Notes under the pieces: generated by a model
The model's database searches: none
Told to the model about the DNA's origin: nothing
The model's input: the letters and a program-made list of their open reading frames with translations, nothing else
Made by a program: the position numbers and the translations under genes
Assembly (NCBI GenBank): GCA_964589975.1
Contig: CAZPVH010000003.1
Location: 5,608 to 69,607 of the forward strand
DNA from: an uncultured Candidatus Saccharibacteria bacterium
GTDB lineage: Bacteria > Patescibacteriota > Minisyncoccia > Phycocordibacterales > CSBR16-119
Reading direction: 5' to 3'
DNA: 64,000 nucleotides
Part shown: in pieces, positions 9,740 through 19,910 of the stretch
Numbering within the stretch: position 1 is the first letter of the stretch
Layout of the letters: each line of letters opens with the position of its first letter

Positions 9740-11727
9740 TAGAGATTATCAAGTGATAAGAATGTAATTTTCGGGAATCTGGTTTTCTGGAGCACGACGT
9801 GCGCTTTAACGTCTTGCACGAATTCAATTTCCGGATTCAGGGCTTCGGCTTCGGCGATCTTTGCCTCAGCGGTTTTAAAATCTCCGCCATACATGTAAGC
9901 CAGTGCCTCCATTGCCGGAGTTAGGGGATTTTCTGGAGAGAATTCGGCGCTGCCCGCCAACAGTGCTTTGGCTTTATCGAGCCGCTCATTACCAAGGATT
10001 GTCTCGAACATATAGAGATACGCAAGATTAACACGGGCTCGATAATAATTTGGGCGCAGCTCAATATACTCCTCATATGCTTTCGCATACATTTCCATCT
10101 CCTTCAACGCCTGCGACCTACTTTCAGGGGTAAGCGGCTGATCGCTTCCAAGGCGTGCCATCACCCCCTTGATGAGAGAACCTGAACCAATCCGGAGGCT
10201 TACGAGGCTATGGCCACCTCTTATAGCGTTCTCTATCTTTGCTTCCCTTTCAGCGTTATCACGAGTTTTCATAATCTCTACAAGGTCTTGCTGGCGGCCT
10301 TTTAATGTGAATATTATTTGGGGCACAAATGCTATAAGGAATATAAGAGCGGCCGGAACTATGACCATCTTTTCGTAATTTTTGTTTGTTTCTTCTGTTA
10401 CAACCATCTCTCTCTCGATATATAGTCCGTATCCCAAAAGAACGAATATATAAAAATATGTAACTACGGTCTGGAAAGACGTTTGCATTTGGAGTATCTG
10501 AGCGCAAATCAGGACTACTAGCATTTGAGCTTGCATATCGCTTATCAGTCCCCTTTTTGATGCCCGCACAAAAGTCCGAGCAAGTAAGAAGAGCATCACG
10601 AGCCAAGCAAGGAGGCCCAAGAACCCGACTTCCACCAGAGTATCAATAAAATAATTGTGTGCACGATCGAACCAGATCTCGCCGAGATTCTCTTCAAGGA
10701 ACAGTCGATTATCAAAATTAGATTGGTATGCCAATTCAAAATTCTCCGGACCATATCCGAGTACCGGCCTGTCTTTCACGCTCTCAAAAGCACTTTCCCA
10801 AAGAATTATCCTGGCATCGCTCGAGTTAGCCGAATATTTTTCTTGAACAAAGGACCCCGGGACAAACAAGAGTCCAAGTACCACAACAATGATTCCGCCG
10901 AAAATGCCAGAAAATATTTTCATGGCATCCTTTGACTTTGAGAAACGCAGAATTACATAACGTAATAATACAAATATAACTACGATAAACGCTGTGGCGG
11001 AGCTCGCTTGAGCGTCCCCGAGCAGAAGCGCAGGTTCCGCAAAAACTTTCGCCACACCAACATCGCCGAAAAGTATCCCGGAATTTAAAATTGCAGGATG
11101 AAGAAACTGCAATGCCAAAAGCGGGTATAGCCATTTATTTTTCCCGTTTTTCTCCTGATAAGAATCCAGGATCGCAATCAATGTAACAATGATACCGATG
11201 AGAACGAATGTTCCGGCAAAGGTTGAGTTTCCAAACAAAAACCCTGGCGCAGAGAGGCCTGTTTCGCCGCCGGGTGAAAAAAATATATCGACAAACGAAA
11301 GAAAAGAATAGAAAGCTGATGAAATAACCAGAGAAAAGCCGACGAGGCGCCAGTCTTTATTTTTTAGAAGACCGGACAAAAGATATGCCATGATGACAAG
11401 CGAAATAACCAGGATAGTCCCAGTGCCACGGATTATGTCGCCGAAGAACGAGTTCTCGGCGTTTATACCCAAAAAGGCTGCCAAAATAGAGGTCCCAAGG
11501 ACAGCACATGAAGAACAAAAAAGGATATTGTCTCGGGAAGGCAAGAATGACTTTATATGGCCTTTATACATTTCATAAGCGTAGAAAACGGCAAAAATCA
11601 CGGCAGCCCCAAGAGTATAGAAGGCCTTCGCATTCATAGGGGCATAAAACATCTTGTGAGAGTTCACAAACGGAAACACAAAAATGAATATAGCGGCCAA
11701 TATTCCGACAAACTGGACTCTTTTCAT
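9739..11727 (-). CDS. polytopic membrane protein, O-antigen ligase (Wzy_C)-like domain with C-terminal TPR repeats
   Basis: Many TM segments; central region resembles the O-antigen ligase/PglL family; C-terminal repeats (AKAYEEYIELRPNYYRARVNLAYLYM...) are TPR-like. Confidence 0.65.
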   Translation of the reverse strand: MKRVQFVGILAAIFIFVFPFVNSHKMFYAPMNAKAFYTLGAAVIFAVFYAYEMYKGHIKSFLPSRDNILFCSSCAVLGTSILAAFLGINAENSFFGDIIRGTGTILVISLVIMAYLLSGLLKNKDWRLVGFSLVISSAFYSFLSFVDIFFSPGGETGLSAPGFLFGNSTFAGTFVLIGIIVTLIAILDSYQEKNGKNKWLYPLLALQFLHPAILNSGILFGDVGVAKVFAEPALLLGDAQASSATAFIVVIFVLLRYVILRFSKSKDAMKIFSGIFGGIIVVVLGLLFVPGSFVQEKYSANSSDARIILWESAFESVKDRPVLGYGPENFELAYQSNFDNRLFLEENLGEIWFDRAHNYFIDTLVEVGFLGLLAWLVMLFLLARTFVRASKRGLISDMQAQMLVVLICAQILQMQTSFQTVVTYFYIFVLLGYGLYIEREMVVTEETNKNYEKMVIVPAALIFLIAFVPQIIFTLKGRQQDLVEIMKTRDNAEREAKIENAIRGGHSLVSLRIGSGSLIKGVMARLGSDQPLTPESRSQALKEMEMYAKAYEEYIELRPNYYRARVNLAYLYMFETILGNERLDKAKALLAGSAEFSPENPLTPAMEALAYMYGGDFKTAEAKIAEAEALNPEIEFVQDVKAHVVLQKTRFPKITFLSLDNL

Positions 11728-11809
11728 GGAAGCATTCTAGCATACAAAAAACCACCCGGTAAGGGGTGGTTTTTTGTTGACTATTCGTCAGATTCCTTAC
11801 TAACTTGCG

Positions 11810-13759
11810 TTAGTTAAGAGCCTGAGTATCGGTCTCGAACTCGCCGAGATCGAAGTCATAAACATTCTGAGTAGCTGTATCGGAGGTTGCCCAGGATACA
11901 CCCATCAGGTTAACTTTCCAGCTTCCAGCTCCACCAAGTGATGAAGTGTTTGTTCGAGTAACCTCGAGGCTGAAGTGGCCAGTCTTGTCTTCCTTGACGA
12001 GGACACCATTTGTAACACCGTTGTCGGTGACATCAGTATTCTCTTCGAAGTCAACAATTCCTGATAGACCAGATGCTGTAGCTGTTCCACCAACTGCGGC
12101 CGTGTAAAGGACCTGGTCAGATGGGACAGTTGAGAATGAAGTAGCTGTCGTAGGGGTGTCAGTGTCAGAGACATAGACATCGCCACCGAATGCTTCAACA
12201 TCGTACTCAATTACGAATACACCAGCGTCATCGTTTGCAGAGTTTCCTGAAGAAGCTGATGTGTCAGTGCTTACAAGAGTGACTCGGATACCGATTGATC
12301 GGAGCTCAGAAGCGTCAGCAGAGACGGATCCAGTGATTTCAGAATCACCAAGCTCATCACCTGCTTCGTCTTCTGCCTCAACCAATGTTCCCTGATCAGT
12401 TTCAGTTTCACCGATAGCAAATGCTACAGTGTCACCTTCTGCAAGACCAGAGTCCGCGATTGAGAAGAAGTCAGCTTCGATAGAAGCGTCAACTGTGTCT
12501 CCAGCTGGGATAGTGAAGTCAACATCATCAAAGATGTAGTCCTCATCTGTACCTGCTGAAACGCAATCAGCGTCATCGAAACAATCGAAATCTCCTACCT
12601 CTTCACCATCAATGATGAGGGCAAGGCTAGAGATAACTCCGTCAGTGTTAGTAGCTGCGCCACCAACATCAACGTTTACGCCGAACTTCTTGATCTCGAT
12701 GTCAGAGTCGCCTTCTGCTTCAAGAGTGAAGGAGAGGACTTCTACGCCATCAGTATCTTCAGTAGCGTCAACTTCGATGATTCGAGCGTCATTGATGTCT
12801 TCATTGTCAGAAGAGATCTTGAGCTCAACATCAGCTGAAGCTGAGAATGATTCGAATGAGAATGTTCGTACTGCAGTTCCAGGATCTTCTGAGATAACTG
12901 CACCGTCCGCATCCTCGAATCGAACTGATCGGAAGTCTACTGTCCAAGTGTCGCCCTCATCGTTTGTATCAAGATTTGATACACCAGAGATTGCAACTAC
13001 CAACTCTTCTGTGTCGCCCTCGCGAACGATTGCGCCAGAGTCAAGGCTGATTGTCCTTGTCCAGTCATTGTCATCATTGAACTCATCTGCATCCATGCGA
13101 GCAACTTCCTCGCCTGCGAACCAGATAGAGACCTCAGATGCATAATCTTCGAAATCAGATGTAGCTGTACCCTCATCGAATACGAGCTTAACAGCTGCGA
13201 TTTCGAGATCAGAGCCTTCATCAGCAGTGATTTCAAGACCAGCAACTTCTACATCCTCTTCATCCTCTCCAACTTCTTCGTTCTGGAGATTAGAGATGAG
13301 CATGTATTCCTCAACTGCGCCTGCTCCACCTGTTAGAGGACCAGATGTATTACCACCTGTATTTCCACCACCTGTAGTTGTGCAGCCTGTCATAGAAGCT
13401 GAATGTATAGCAGCGCCAGTCATAGGACCAACGACACCATCAGCAGTCAAGCCTTTTGAGGCCTGGAAAGCCTGGACTTTCGCCTTGGTCATAGGACCAA
13501 AGTTTCCGTCAGCAGTAGCACCAACAACTGCCTGCATAGCCATAACCTGTGAACCCTGTGAACCAACCATCAATGTGACAGTGTGGTTGTAAGTTCCACA
13601 AGAAGATGAATTTCCAGAGAGGGCTGCGAGCTGAGCCGTAAGGTCAGCAATCAAAGCCTGGAGCTCTGCGATTGTAGCAGCCTTAGCTGTACCAGCACCA
13701 ACCAAAAGGAGGGCGGCAACAGCAAAACCTGCCAACGTATTTTTTAATGTTTTACTCAT
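11810..13759 (-). CDS. secreted highly acidic surface protein with N-proximal peptidoglycan-binding (PG_binding_1-like) domain
   Basis: Signal peptide MSKTLKNTLAGFAVAALLLVGAGTAKA; segment GNFGPMTKAKVQAFQASKGLTADGVVGPMTGAAIH resembles PG_binding_1; remainder is D/E/T/S/G/V-rich repeats. Confidence 0.7.
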   Translation of the reverse strand: MSKTLKNTLAGFAVAALLLVGAGTAKAATIAELQALIADLTAQLAALSGNSSSCGTYNHTVTLMVGSQGSQVMAMQAVVGATADGNFGPMTKAKVQAFQASKGLTADGVVGPMTGAAIHSASMTGCTTTGGGNTGGNTSGPLTGGAGAVEEYMLISNLQNEEVGEDEEDVEVAGLEITADEGSDLEIAAVKLVFDEGTATSDFEDYASEVSIWFAGEEVARMDADEFNDDNDWTRTISLDSGAIVREGDTEELVVAISGVSNLDTNDEGDTWTVDFRSVRFEDADGAVISEDPGTAVRTFSFESFSASADVELKISSDNEDINDARIIEVDATEDTDGVEVLSFTLEAEGDSDIEIKKFGVNVDVGGAATNTDGVISSLALIIDGEEVGDFDCFDDADCVSAGTDEDYIFDDVDFTIPAGDTVDASIEADFFSIADSGLAEGDTVAFAIGETETDQGTLVEAEDEAGDELGDSEITGSVSADASELRSIGIRVTLVSTDTSASSGNSANDDAGVFVIEYDVEAFGGDVYVSDTDTPTTATSFSTVPSDQVLYTAAVGGTATASGLSGIVDFEENTDVTDNGVTNGVLVKEDKTGHFSLEVTRTNTSSLGGAGSWKVNLMGVSWATSDTATQNVYDFDLGEFETDTQALN

Positions 13760-14321
13760 TTATTAAATGATTATCGTTATTAATTTTCGGGAAGCCTTCG
13801 CCTTTTATTGACGAAGAAGTCCCGTTGCACGCCAACCGATAAATCAGCCGGCGCGGCTTGTCCAGAGCTTGCGCTCCGGATTTCGTTTTGAAGATTTTAA
13901 ACTCTTCAAAACAGACAGACTTTCTTTGACTTCCACTCTCTGCCTTGTGGACGAGAGCGGAAAACGAAAGCTTAAGATCTGCCTTGTCGACATGGCGGAC
14001 CTAAACCCTCGACAAAATAAAATTACCGAGTTTTTAAAACTCGAAAAATTTTTTTATTGTCAATGATCAAGTATCCTTGGGATTTCTCCCCGGCCAAGCA
14101 GTCTCCCGCAAGGCCCAACAATTTTACAACCACCTGACCCAGAGGCCAAATGGTTTGTGGATAACCCTTTTACAGATTACCCCCAAATCATCGCATATTC
14201 TGGTAAAAAACTCAATACTGGGTTTTTTAGGAACACTGATGACTCGACACTTATGACGGCGCAAGAAAAGCCATATTACATAAGGACTATTTGACAATAA
14301 TAAAATTTAATTGCCTAAATG

Positions 14322-15149
14322 TTATACGGCGGAATAACGCGTCCAGCGCCTATCCCCGGTCTTTTTGATTTTGCCACCCTCTTTCAGGGCATTTAAATCA
14401 CGTAGAATTGTTTTAGAGCTATATTCATTGAAATAAAGCAATATATCTCGTATGGAAATATCCTTCTTTTCTTTTACCAAAGCCTCAATTTTATTCTTTC
14501 TTTCCAGCATTCGCCCGGCATCAGAAGCCTCTTCCTGGGTCGAACTTGGTTTAAAAGACATGGATGGTTTTATAAAAGACATACTTCCAGTATTATGTCT
14601 TTTATTAATGTCTTTTACAGAATCGCCCTTGAGCTCCGGCAAGGCCAGATCCTTTTCATTCACTTTGAAAAAATCACTGTTAAGAACTATATTTGAGGCC
14701 TCACCTTCCCCTATCTTCATTTCTTCCATTCGTTTAAATCCTTCTAGTCGCTGCTTATTTCGGAGATCAGATATAAAATCCACCAACGCGGTTTTAAGGA
14801 TTCCGTGATTCATATCAGAAATAAAACCAACCACGACACAAACTTCGGTTAAAGACACCAGCTCCCAGCTTTTTGAAATAATTTTACCTACGTGAAAATA
14901 CAAATCTCCGGTCAATGAATAGGTCAGAGTCCTGGTGTCTGAAAGAATAGAAAGCGACACCCTTCTAATCTGCTGTCTCATTGGATCCTCTTCGGGAATC
15001 AGGTCAGTGAGCATGTAGAGGGCAGTCGTTATCTTCTCGGCTTTTTTTGTAACAGACATGAAAACTCCCTCATTTGGAATCCTTTTTATTTTATTGGACG
15101 AGCTCACGAGTACGTCTCGTCCGTAGTCTTCTCTTTCTTTATTATTCAT
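14322..15149 (-). CDS. hypothetical protein with C-terminal winged-helix DNA-binding domain (putative regulator)
   Basis: C-terminal ISIRDILLYFNEYSSKTILRDLNALKEGGKIKKTG looks like a DeoR/MarR-type wHTH; N-terminal part unrecognised. Confidence 0.5.
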   Translation of the reverse strand: MNNKEREDYGRDVLVSSSNKIKRIPNEGVFMSVTKKAEKITTALYMLTDLIPEEDPMRQQIRRVSLSILSDTRTLTYSLTGDLYFHVGKIISKSWELVSLTEVCVVVGFISDMNHGILKTALVDFISDLRNKQRLEGFKRMEEMKIGEGEASNIVLNSDFFKVNEKDLALPELKGDSVKDINKRHNTGSMSFIKPSMSFKPSSTQEEASDAGRMLERKNKIEALVKEKKDISIRDILLYFNEYSSKTILRDLNALKEGGKIKKTGDRRWTRYSAV

Positions 15150-15343
15150 GTCTTATAGATGGTTTACAGGTTAATTATACACGCAGGCTAAGTCAAAGAC
15201 AAATATTTGCAAAAGAGGCTATTGTCTATTTAAAACATTTTACGGCCGCCACGTTCATAATTAAAAAATCATTGCCACATAAGGAGATTTTCACACTTTT
15301 TGCTGATAATTAAGGCTTTTCTTGTGATACAATACGCTGGTAT

Positions 15344-17776
15344 ATGGCAAAGAAAAAATTGGATAATAAAAAGAAACCGGCAAAAGATACGCTGGGTAAA
15401 TCAGAAGTTCAAGAATTCAAAAAAATCTTGGGCGTCCACATAAGCGAAGAGACGCGAAATAGCATCGTCGCGATATCCTTTTTCGTGCTAGCCATACTCT
15501 TTATTCTCTCTGGATTCAACCTGGGCGGCGTCGCCGGCAGATTCATATATAAGAACTTGGTACATATATTAGGCGTTGGCTACATTCTCTTGCCGCTAGT
15601 CCTAATTCTTCTGGGCGCATCTTCTTACAAATCTCTCCGACCATCACTCGCCATAACCCATCTAATAAGCGGACTTCTATTCTTTCTCTCGGGTCTCGGA
15701 CTCATACATATAATAAAGGCCGACGCGGCCGGTGTTGTCGGCAAATTCACTTCTTGGCCGTTTGTAAAGCTTTTCGATGTGTACCTGGCTTTTATTTTGC
15801 TTCTGGCGGTCTTCGGTATTTCAATTATCATCATGTTCGACGCTCGCCCGAGTCTTTCTCGCTTCAAGCAAAGACTTAAAGCGCTCTTTGGTTCAAAGGA
15901 AGACGAATACTATGAGGAAGCCGATGAGGCCGACGAGCCAGAAGAGGGGCCGGCACCAGAGCCTCTACCTCTTCCTGAGGAATCAGAGCCGGAAGTTCAA
16001 CGAGAAGAGCCCCCAAAGGACGCGATGGCTTTTACCGCGGCCTGGAAGTCTACTGGCAAATATGTTCCCCCTCCCCTCTCGCTCCTTCGAAAGAATGATC
16101 AGAAAGCCGTAACAGGAGACATCAAAGCTAATTCGAACATCATCAAACGAACACTCGAGAATTTTGACATCGCTGTCGAGATGGACGAAGTCACAGTTGG
16201 ACCTACCGTGACTCGTTTTGCCCTGAAACCGGCTCAGGGTGTCAGACTTTCGCGAATTACCGCCCTTTCTAACGAGCTTCGCCTCGCGCTTGCCGCTCCG
16301 TCTATCCGTATCCAGGCCCCTATCCCAGGACAGAGTCTTGTTGGCATAGAAGTGCCGAATGTAAACAAAGCGCTCGTTGACCTCCGCAGCCTCCTCTCCA
16401 CCAAAGATTTCAAAGAAAGCTCGAAGCCTCTCCTTGTGGCGCTTGGCCGTAGCGTTTCCGGCAAAGCTGAGTATGGAAATATAGGCAAAATGCCGCACCT
16501 CTTGGTAGCCGGCGCGACTGGATCCGGTAAGTCGGTGACCGTTCACACCCTCATTACAAGTCTTATATACAGGAACGGCCCGGAGGATCTTCGTTTCATT
16601 ATGATCGACCCGAAGCGCGTCGAACTCACTCTATATAACGGCATCCCTCACCTCCTTACTCCGGTTATTACGAACCCAAAGAAGGCTATCCTCTCTCTCA
16701 AGTGGGCGGTCTCTGAAATGGAACGACGCTATGACATACTCGAGAACCATGCTGTCCGTGACATTGACTCATATCACAAGAAATTTAACGAGCAGAAAAA
16801 TCCCGATGATGCTAACGCGATGGAGCGTATGCCGTTTATATTGATCTTCATCGACGAACTTGCCGATATCATGCAGAGCTATCCACGGGAACTCGAGTCC
16901 GGTATCGTCCGCCTAGCGCAGATGTCCCGAGCCGTAGGTATTCACCTTACTCTCTCGACCCAGCGCCCATCAGTCAACGTCATCACCGGCCTCATCAAGG
17001 CAAACGTTCCGACGCGTCTCGCGCTCCAGGTCGCCAGCCAGATCGACTCCAGAACCATCCTCGACGCCGCTGGCGCAGAGAAACTCCTCGGAGCCGGAGA
17101 TATGCTCTTCGCTTCCGGCGAAATGGCCCAGCCGCAGCGTATCCAGGGAGCTTTTATTTCCGAAGACGAGGTCAAGGAAGTCGCCGGATACCTCAAGAAT
17201 CGCTACAAGAATGAGCTGGCTGATGACATCAACCTTTCCGAAGGCTCAATCAGCTCAGATAAAAGTATTTTTGACAGCCAAATAGACGACGGAGACAAAG
17301 ACGAGCTTTTTGCCGAGGCCAAAGCATTGGTAATCAAAGAAAAGAAAGCTTCAACCTCATATATCCAGCGCCGCCTAAAGATCGGTTATTCTCGCGCCGC
17401 CAGAATCCTCGACGAGCTTGAACAAGCGGGTGTTGTAGGTCCAGCCAATGGCGCCAAGCCACGCGATATCCTATCTGACGGAAACGAGGTCGCGGCCCCA
17501 AGACCGGCCGCTACGGCTGTCTTTGCGTCTGTTGCTCCAGAGCCTGCCCGTATTCACACAGTCACTAGAACGCTAGACACAGAAGACGAGGAAGACCTGA
17601 CGGACGATGTAATGGAAGATGCCGACGAAACCCCTTACGAAGAAATTCCGGTCGAAGATGAAGTTGGTGGTAACGAAATTGATGAAAGTTCAGAAATACT
17701 TCCAGAAGACAAGCCGCTTGGTCGGGAAGATGACGAGAATAGCGATAATTCGTATGACGAGAACGATAAATATTAA
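15344..17776 (+). CDS. ftsK: DNA translocase FtsK/SpoIIIE
   Basis: N-terminal TM segments, acidic linker, Walker A LLVAGATGSGKSV, FtsK motor and C-terminal gamma wHTH domain. Confidence 0.9.
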   Translation: MAKKKLDNKKKPAKDTLGKSEVQEFKKILGVHISEETRNSIVAISFFVLAILFILSGFNLGGVAGRFIYKNLVHILGVGYILLPLVLILLGASSYKSLRPSLAITHLISGLLFFLSGLGLIHIIKADAAGVVGKFTSWPFVKLFDVYLAFILLLAVFGISIIIMFDARPSLSRFKQRLKALFGSKEDEYYEEADEADEPEEGPAPEPLPLPEESEPEVQREEPPKDAMAFTAAWKSTGKYVPPPLSLLRKNDQKAVTGDIKANSNIIKRTLENFDIAVEMDEVTVGPTVTRFALKPAQGVRLSRITALSNELRLALAAPSIRIQAPIPGQSLVGIEVPNVNKALVDLRSLLSTKDFKESSKPLLVALGRSVSGKAEYGNIGKMPHLLVAGATGSGKSVTVHTLITSLIYRNGPEDLRFIMIDPKRVELTLYNGIPHLLTPVITNPKKAILSLKWAVSEMERRYDILENHAVRDIDSYHKKFNEQKNPDDANAMERMPFILIFIDELADIMQSYPRELESGIVRLAQMSRAVGIHLTLSTQRPSVNVITGLIKANVPTRLALQVASQIDSRTILDAAGAEKLLGAGDMLFASGEMAQPQRIQGAFISEDEVKEVAGYLKNRYKNELADDINLSEGSISSDKSIFDSQIDDGDKDELFAEAKALVIKEKKASTSYIQRRLKIGYSRAARILDELEQAGVVGPANGAKPRDILSDGNEVAAPRPAATAVFASVAPEPARIHTVTRTLDTEDEEDLTDDVMEDADETPYEEIPVEDEVGGNEIDESSEILPEDKPLGREDDENSDNSYDENDKY

Positions 17777-18158
17777 AAAACTCCTAAGCACCAGCCTCTT
17801 TGTGGGACTTTTCGTCTTCATCATCGGCTATTCCCTATTTCAAACCAAGGCAATAGCTAGAGGCGTTGATCTGTCAATCGATAATATCTACGATGGCCAA
17901 GTTTTTAGAGGTGAAATGCTTGCGCTTTCTGGCACAGCTGTACATGCAACTCATCTATCGGTCAATGACAAAGAAATTGTGGTAGATGAAAATAACGCCT
18001 TTTCAGAAGAATTGGTCCTCTCCGCTGGTTATAATATAATTACAGTAGAAGCGAGCGATAAATTCAATAAGCAAACCGTTAAAACTTATCGAGTTCTATA
18101 CGAAGTACCTCACGAAAACACCGGCGAAGATGTAGCAACATTACCAGATAAAGAATAA
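17754..18158 (+). CDS. small membrane-anchored hypothetical protein
   Basis: ORF track extends to 17619, overlapping ftsK; the internal Met at 17754 ([11 protein letters not shown]..., then a TM helix) is the more plausible start. The start is uncertain. Confidence 0.4.
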   Translation: MTRTINIKKLLSTSLFVGLFVFIIGYSLFQTKAIARGVDLSIDNIYDGQVFRGEMLALSGTAVHATHLSVNDKEIVVDENNAFSEELVLSAGYNIITVEASDKFNKQTVKTYRVLYEVPHENTGEDVATLPDKE

Positions 18159-18162
18159 AAAT

Positions 18163-19239
18163 ATGCCACTCAAAAAGAAAAAGGCGGAAAAAGCAGAAAA
18201 GATTGTCGAGGAAAAAGACGAAGTTGTAAGCAAAGAAAGCACTGCTTCCGGAATTGAGAGCACAATCAAAGCCATCCAGACAAAATTCGGTGAAGGCTCT
18301 ATCATGAAGCTTGGCGACAGTCCGAAAGTTGGCGTAGGCGCTATTTCTACCGGATCGCTTGGTCTCGACGCCGCTCTCGGTATCGGCGGACTTCCAAAGG
18401 GTCGCATCATCGAAATATTCGGTCCGGAAAGTTCAGGTAAAACAACACTCGCCCTTCATGTCATATCCGAATCTCAAAAACGCGGCGGCATTTGTGCCTT
18501 TATCGACGCCGAGCACGCCATGGATCCTGATTACTCAAAGAAGCTCGGTGTGAAGACCGAGGAGCTCCTAATTTCCCAGCCGGATAACGGCGAGCAGGCA
18601 CTTGAAATCGCTGAGTCGCTTGTCCGATCAGGTAAGATCGACGTTATTGTCGTCGACTCCGTCGCCGCGCTCACCCCAAAGGACGAAATTGAGGGCGACA
18701 TGGGTTCGCACCAAGTTGGCAAACAAGCTCGCCTCATGTCCCAAGCCATGCGAAAACTCACTGCCCTTGTTTCCCGCACCAAGACAATCATCATTTTCAT
18801 CAACCAGATCCGCATGCAAATCGGCGTCATGTTCGGCAACCCGGAGACGACAACCGGCGGTAAAGCTCTCAAGTTCTACTCTTCCGTCCGGCTTGATATT
18901 CGCCGCATCGCTCAGATAAAGAAAGGCGAAGAGGTTGTGGGATCAAGAACAAGGGTCAAGGTGGTAAAGAATAAAGTCGCGGCTCCGTTTAAGCAAACTG
19001 AATTCGATATAATCTACGGCGAGGGTATCTCGATCGAGGGCGAACTCCTGGCGCTCGGCGAACGCATGGGGCTCATCAAGAAGTCCGGGGCGGCATACAG
19101 CTATACGCCGAAAGACGGCGACGAGGTGAAACTCGGCCGCGGCTACGACGCTACTCGCCAATTCCTCCGAGACAAAGAAAACAAAAAAGTTCGAGACACG
19201 ATACTTAAGGAAGTAACGAACGGATTAAAGGCAATCTAA
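18163..19239 (+). CDS. recA: recombinase RecA
   Basis: [13 protein letters not shown] Walker A; full-length RecA-like sequence. Confidence 0.95.
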   Translation: MPLKKKKAEKAEKIVEEKDEVVSKESTASGIESTIKAIQTKFGEGSIMKLGDSPKVGVGAISTGSLGLDAALGIGGLPKGRIIEIFGPESSGKTTLALHVISESQKRGGICAFIDAEHAMDPDYSKKLGVKTEELLISQPDNGEQALEIAESLVRSGKIDVIVVDSVAALTPKDEIEGDMGSHQVGKQARLMSQAMRKLTALVSRTKTIIIFINQIRMQIGVMFGNPETTTGGKALKFYSSVRLDIRRIAQIKKGEEVVGSRTRVKVVKNKVAAPFKQTEFDIIYGEGISIEGELLALGERMGLIKKSGAAYSYTPKDGDEVKLGRGYDATRQFLRDKENKKVRDTILKEVTNGLKAI

Positions 19240-19279
19240 ATACCAAATAAAAGAACCCCGCACTTAATTCGGGGTCCTT

Positions 19280-19822
19280 TTATTTTATGAGTTCCAGGAG
19301 TTTATAGACTAGCTGTTCTGGGTCTTCTTCGAAGACTATCGGCACATGACTCTTTTTGCCTTCGAGAGATAGGAGCCTGACCGCCTGATCCACTTCCCAA
19401 TCGCCAGTAAGGACTCCGACTGGCTTCCCCGCACGAAGCGCAATATCAAACTCGTGAAGACCCTCCATCTTCCCACAGCCGAGGATGACTGCGTCGGCGG
19501 ACTTTGACATAAACATATTCGCGCCGGCAGGTCCAAAGCCGGTATAGATGATCACATCGCCATGGTCGGTATCAAGCCTATAGCCATCGACATGCTCTTC
19601 TCTGCTCCCAGCCGGAGAAAAATAAATAACGTCGCCTCCTGCCGCTCGCGCGCCCATGGAAGCGAACATCGGAAAGCCGTGATGCGCGCCGGTCAGGACA
19701 AAGTGACCAGTCTTGGCGATCTTTCGGCCAATACGCTTAGCCTTGTCGAGAGTGTCGAGTGGAACGTTAGCTGGCTCAATCGCGCCAGCGATACAAATTT
19801 TGTACTTCTGCTTTTTTATCAC
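19280..19822 (-). CDS. TIGR00725/LOG(SLOG)-family Rossmann-fold nucleotide-binding protein
   Basis: KICIAGA...FVLTGAHHGFPMFASMGARAAGG...ILGCG resembles the LOG/DprA-like SLOG superfamily. Confidence 0.6.
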   Translation of the reverse strand: MIKKQKYKICIAGAIEPANVPLDTLDKAKRIGRKIAKTGHFVLTGAHHGFPMFASMGARAAGGDVIYFSPAGSREEHVDGYRLDTDHGDVIIYTGFGPAGANMFMSKSADAVILGCGKMEGLHEFDIALRAGKPVGVLTGDWEVDQAVRLLSLEGKKSHVPIVFEEDPEQLVYKLLELIK

Positions 19823-19874
19823 AATTTGATTATATCAAAGCTTTTGACGGTTAGCTGTTAGCTTCTAGTGGGAA

Positions 19875-19900
19875 AACGCCGCGCCGTAAGGCGCGGCGTT
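19875..19900 (-). terminator. intrinsic terminator following element A
   Basis: aacgccgcgccgtaaggcgcggcgtt perfect hairpin followed by a UUUUCCC tract on the minus strand. Confidence 0.65.
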
Positions 19901-19910
19901 TCATTCCCCT

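Noticed and set aside
13760-14321. Possible tmRNA, RNase P RNA or SRP RNA in the long noncoding region
   Set aside because: I could not find the diagnostic motifs on either strand. These are a GGUUCGAAUCC-type T-arm with ACCA end for tmRNA, the AGGAAAGUCCGGGCUCC P4 region for RNase P, and the GGAAGCAGCC domain IV for SRP. The region is reported only as an unexplained noncoding stretch.
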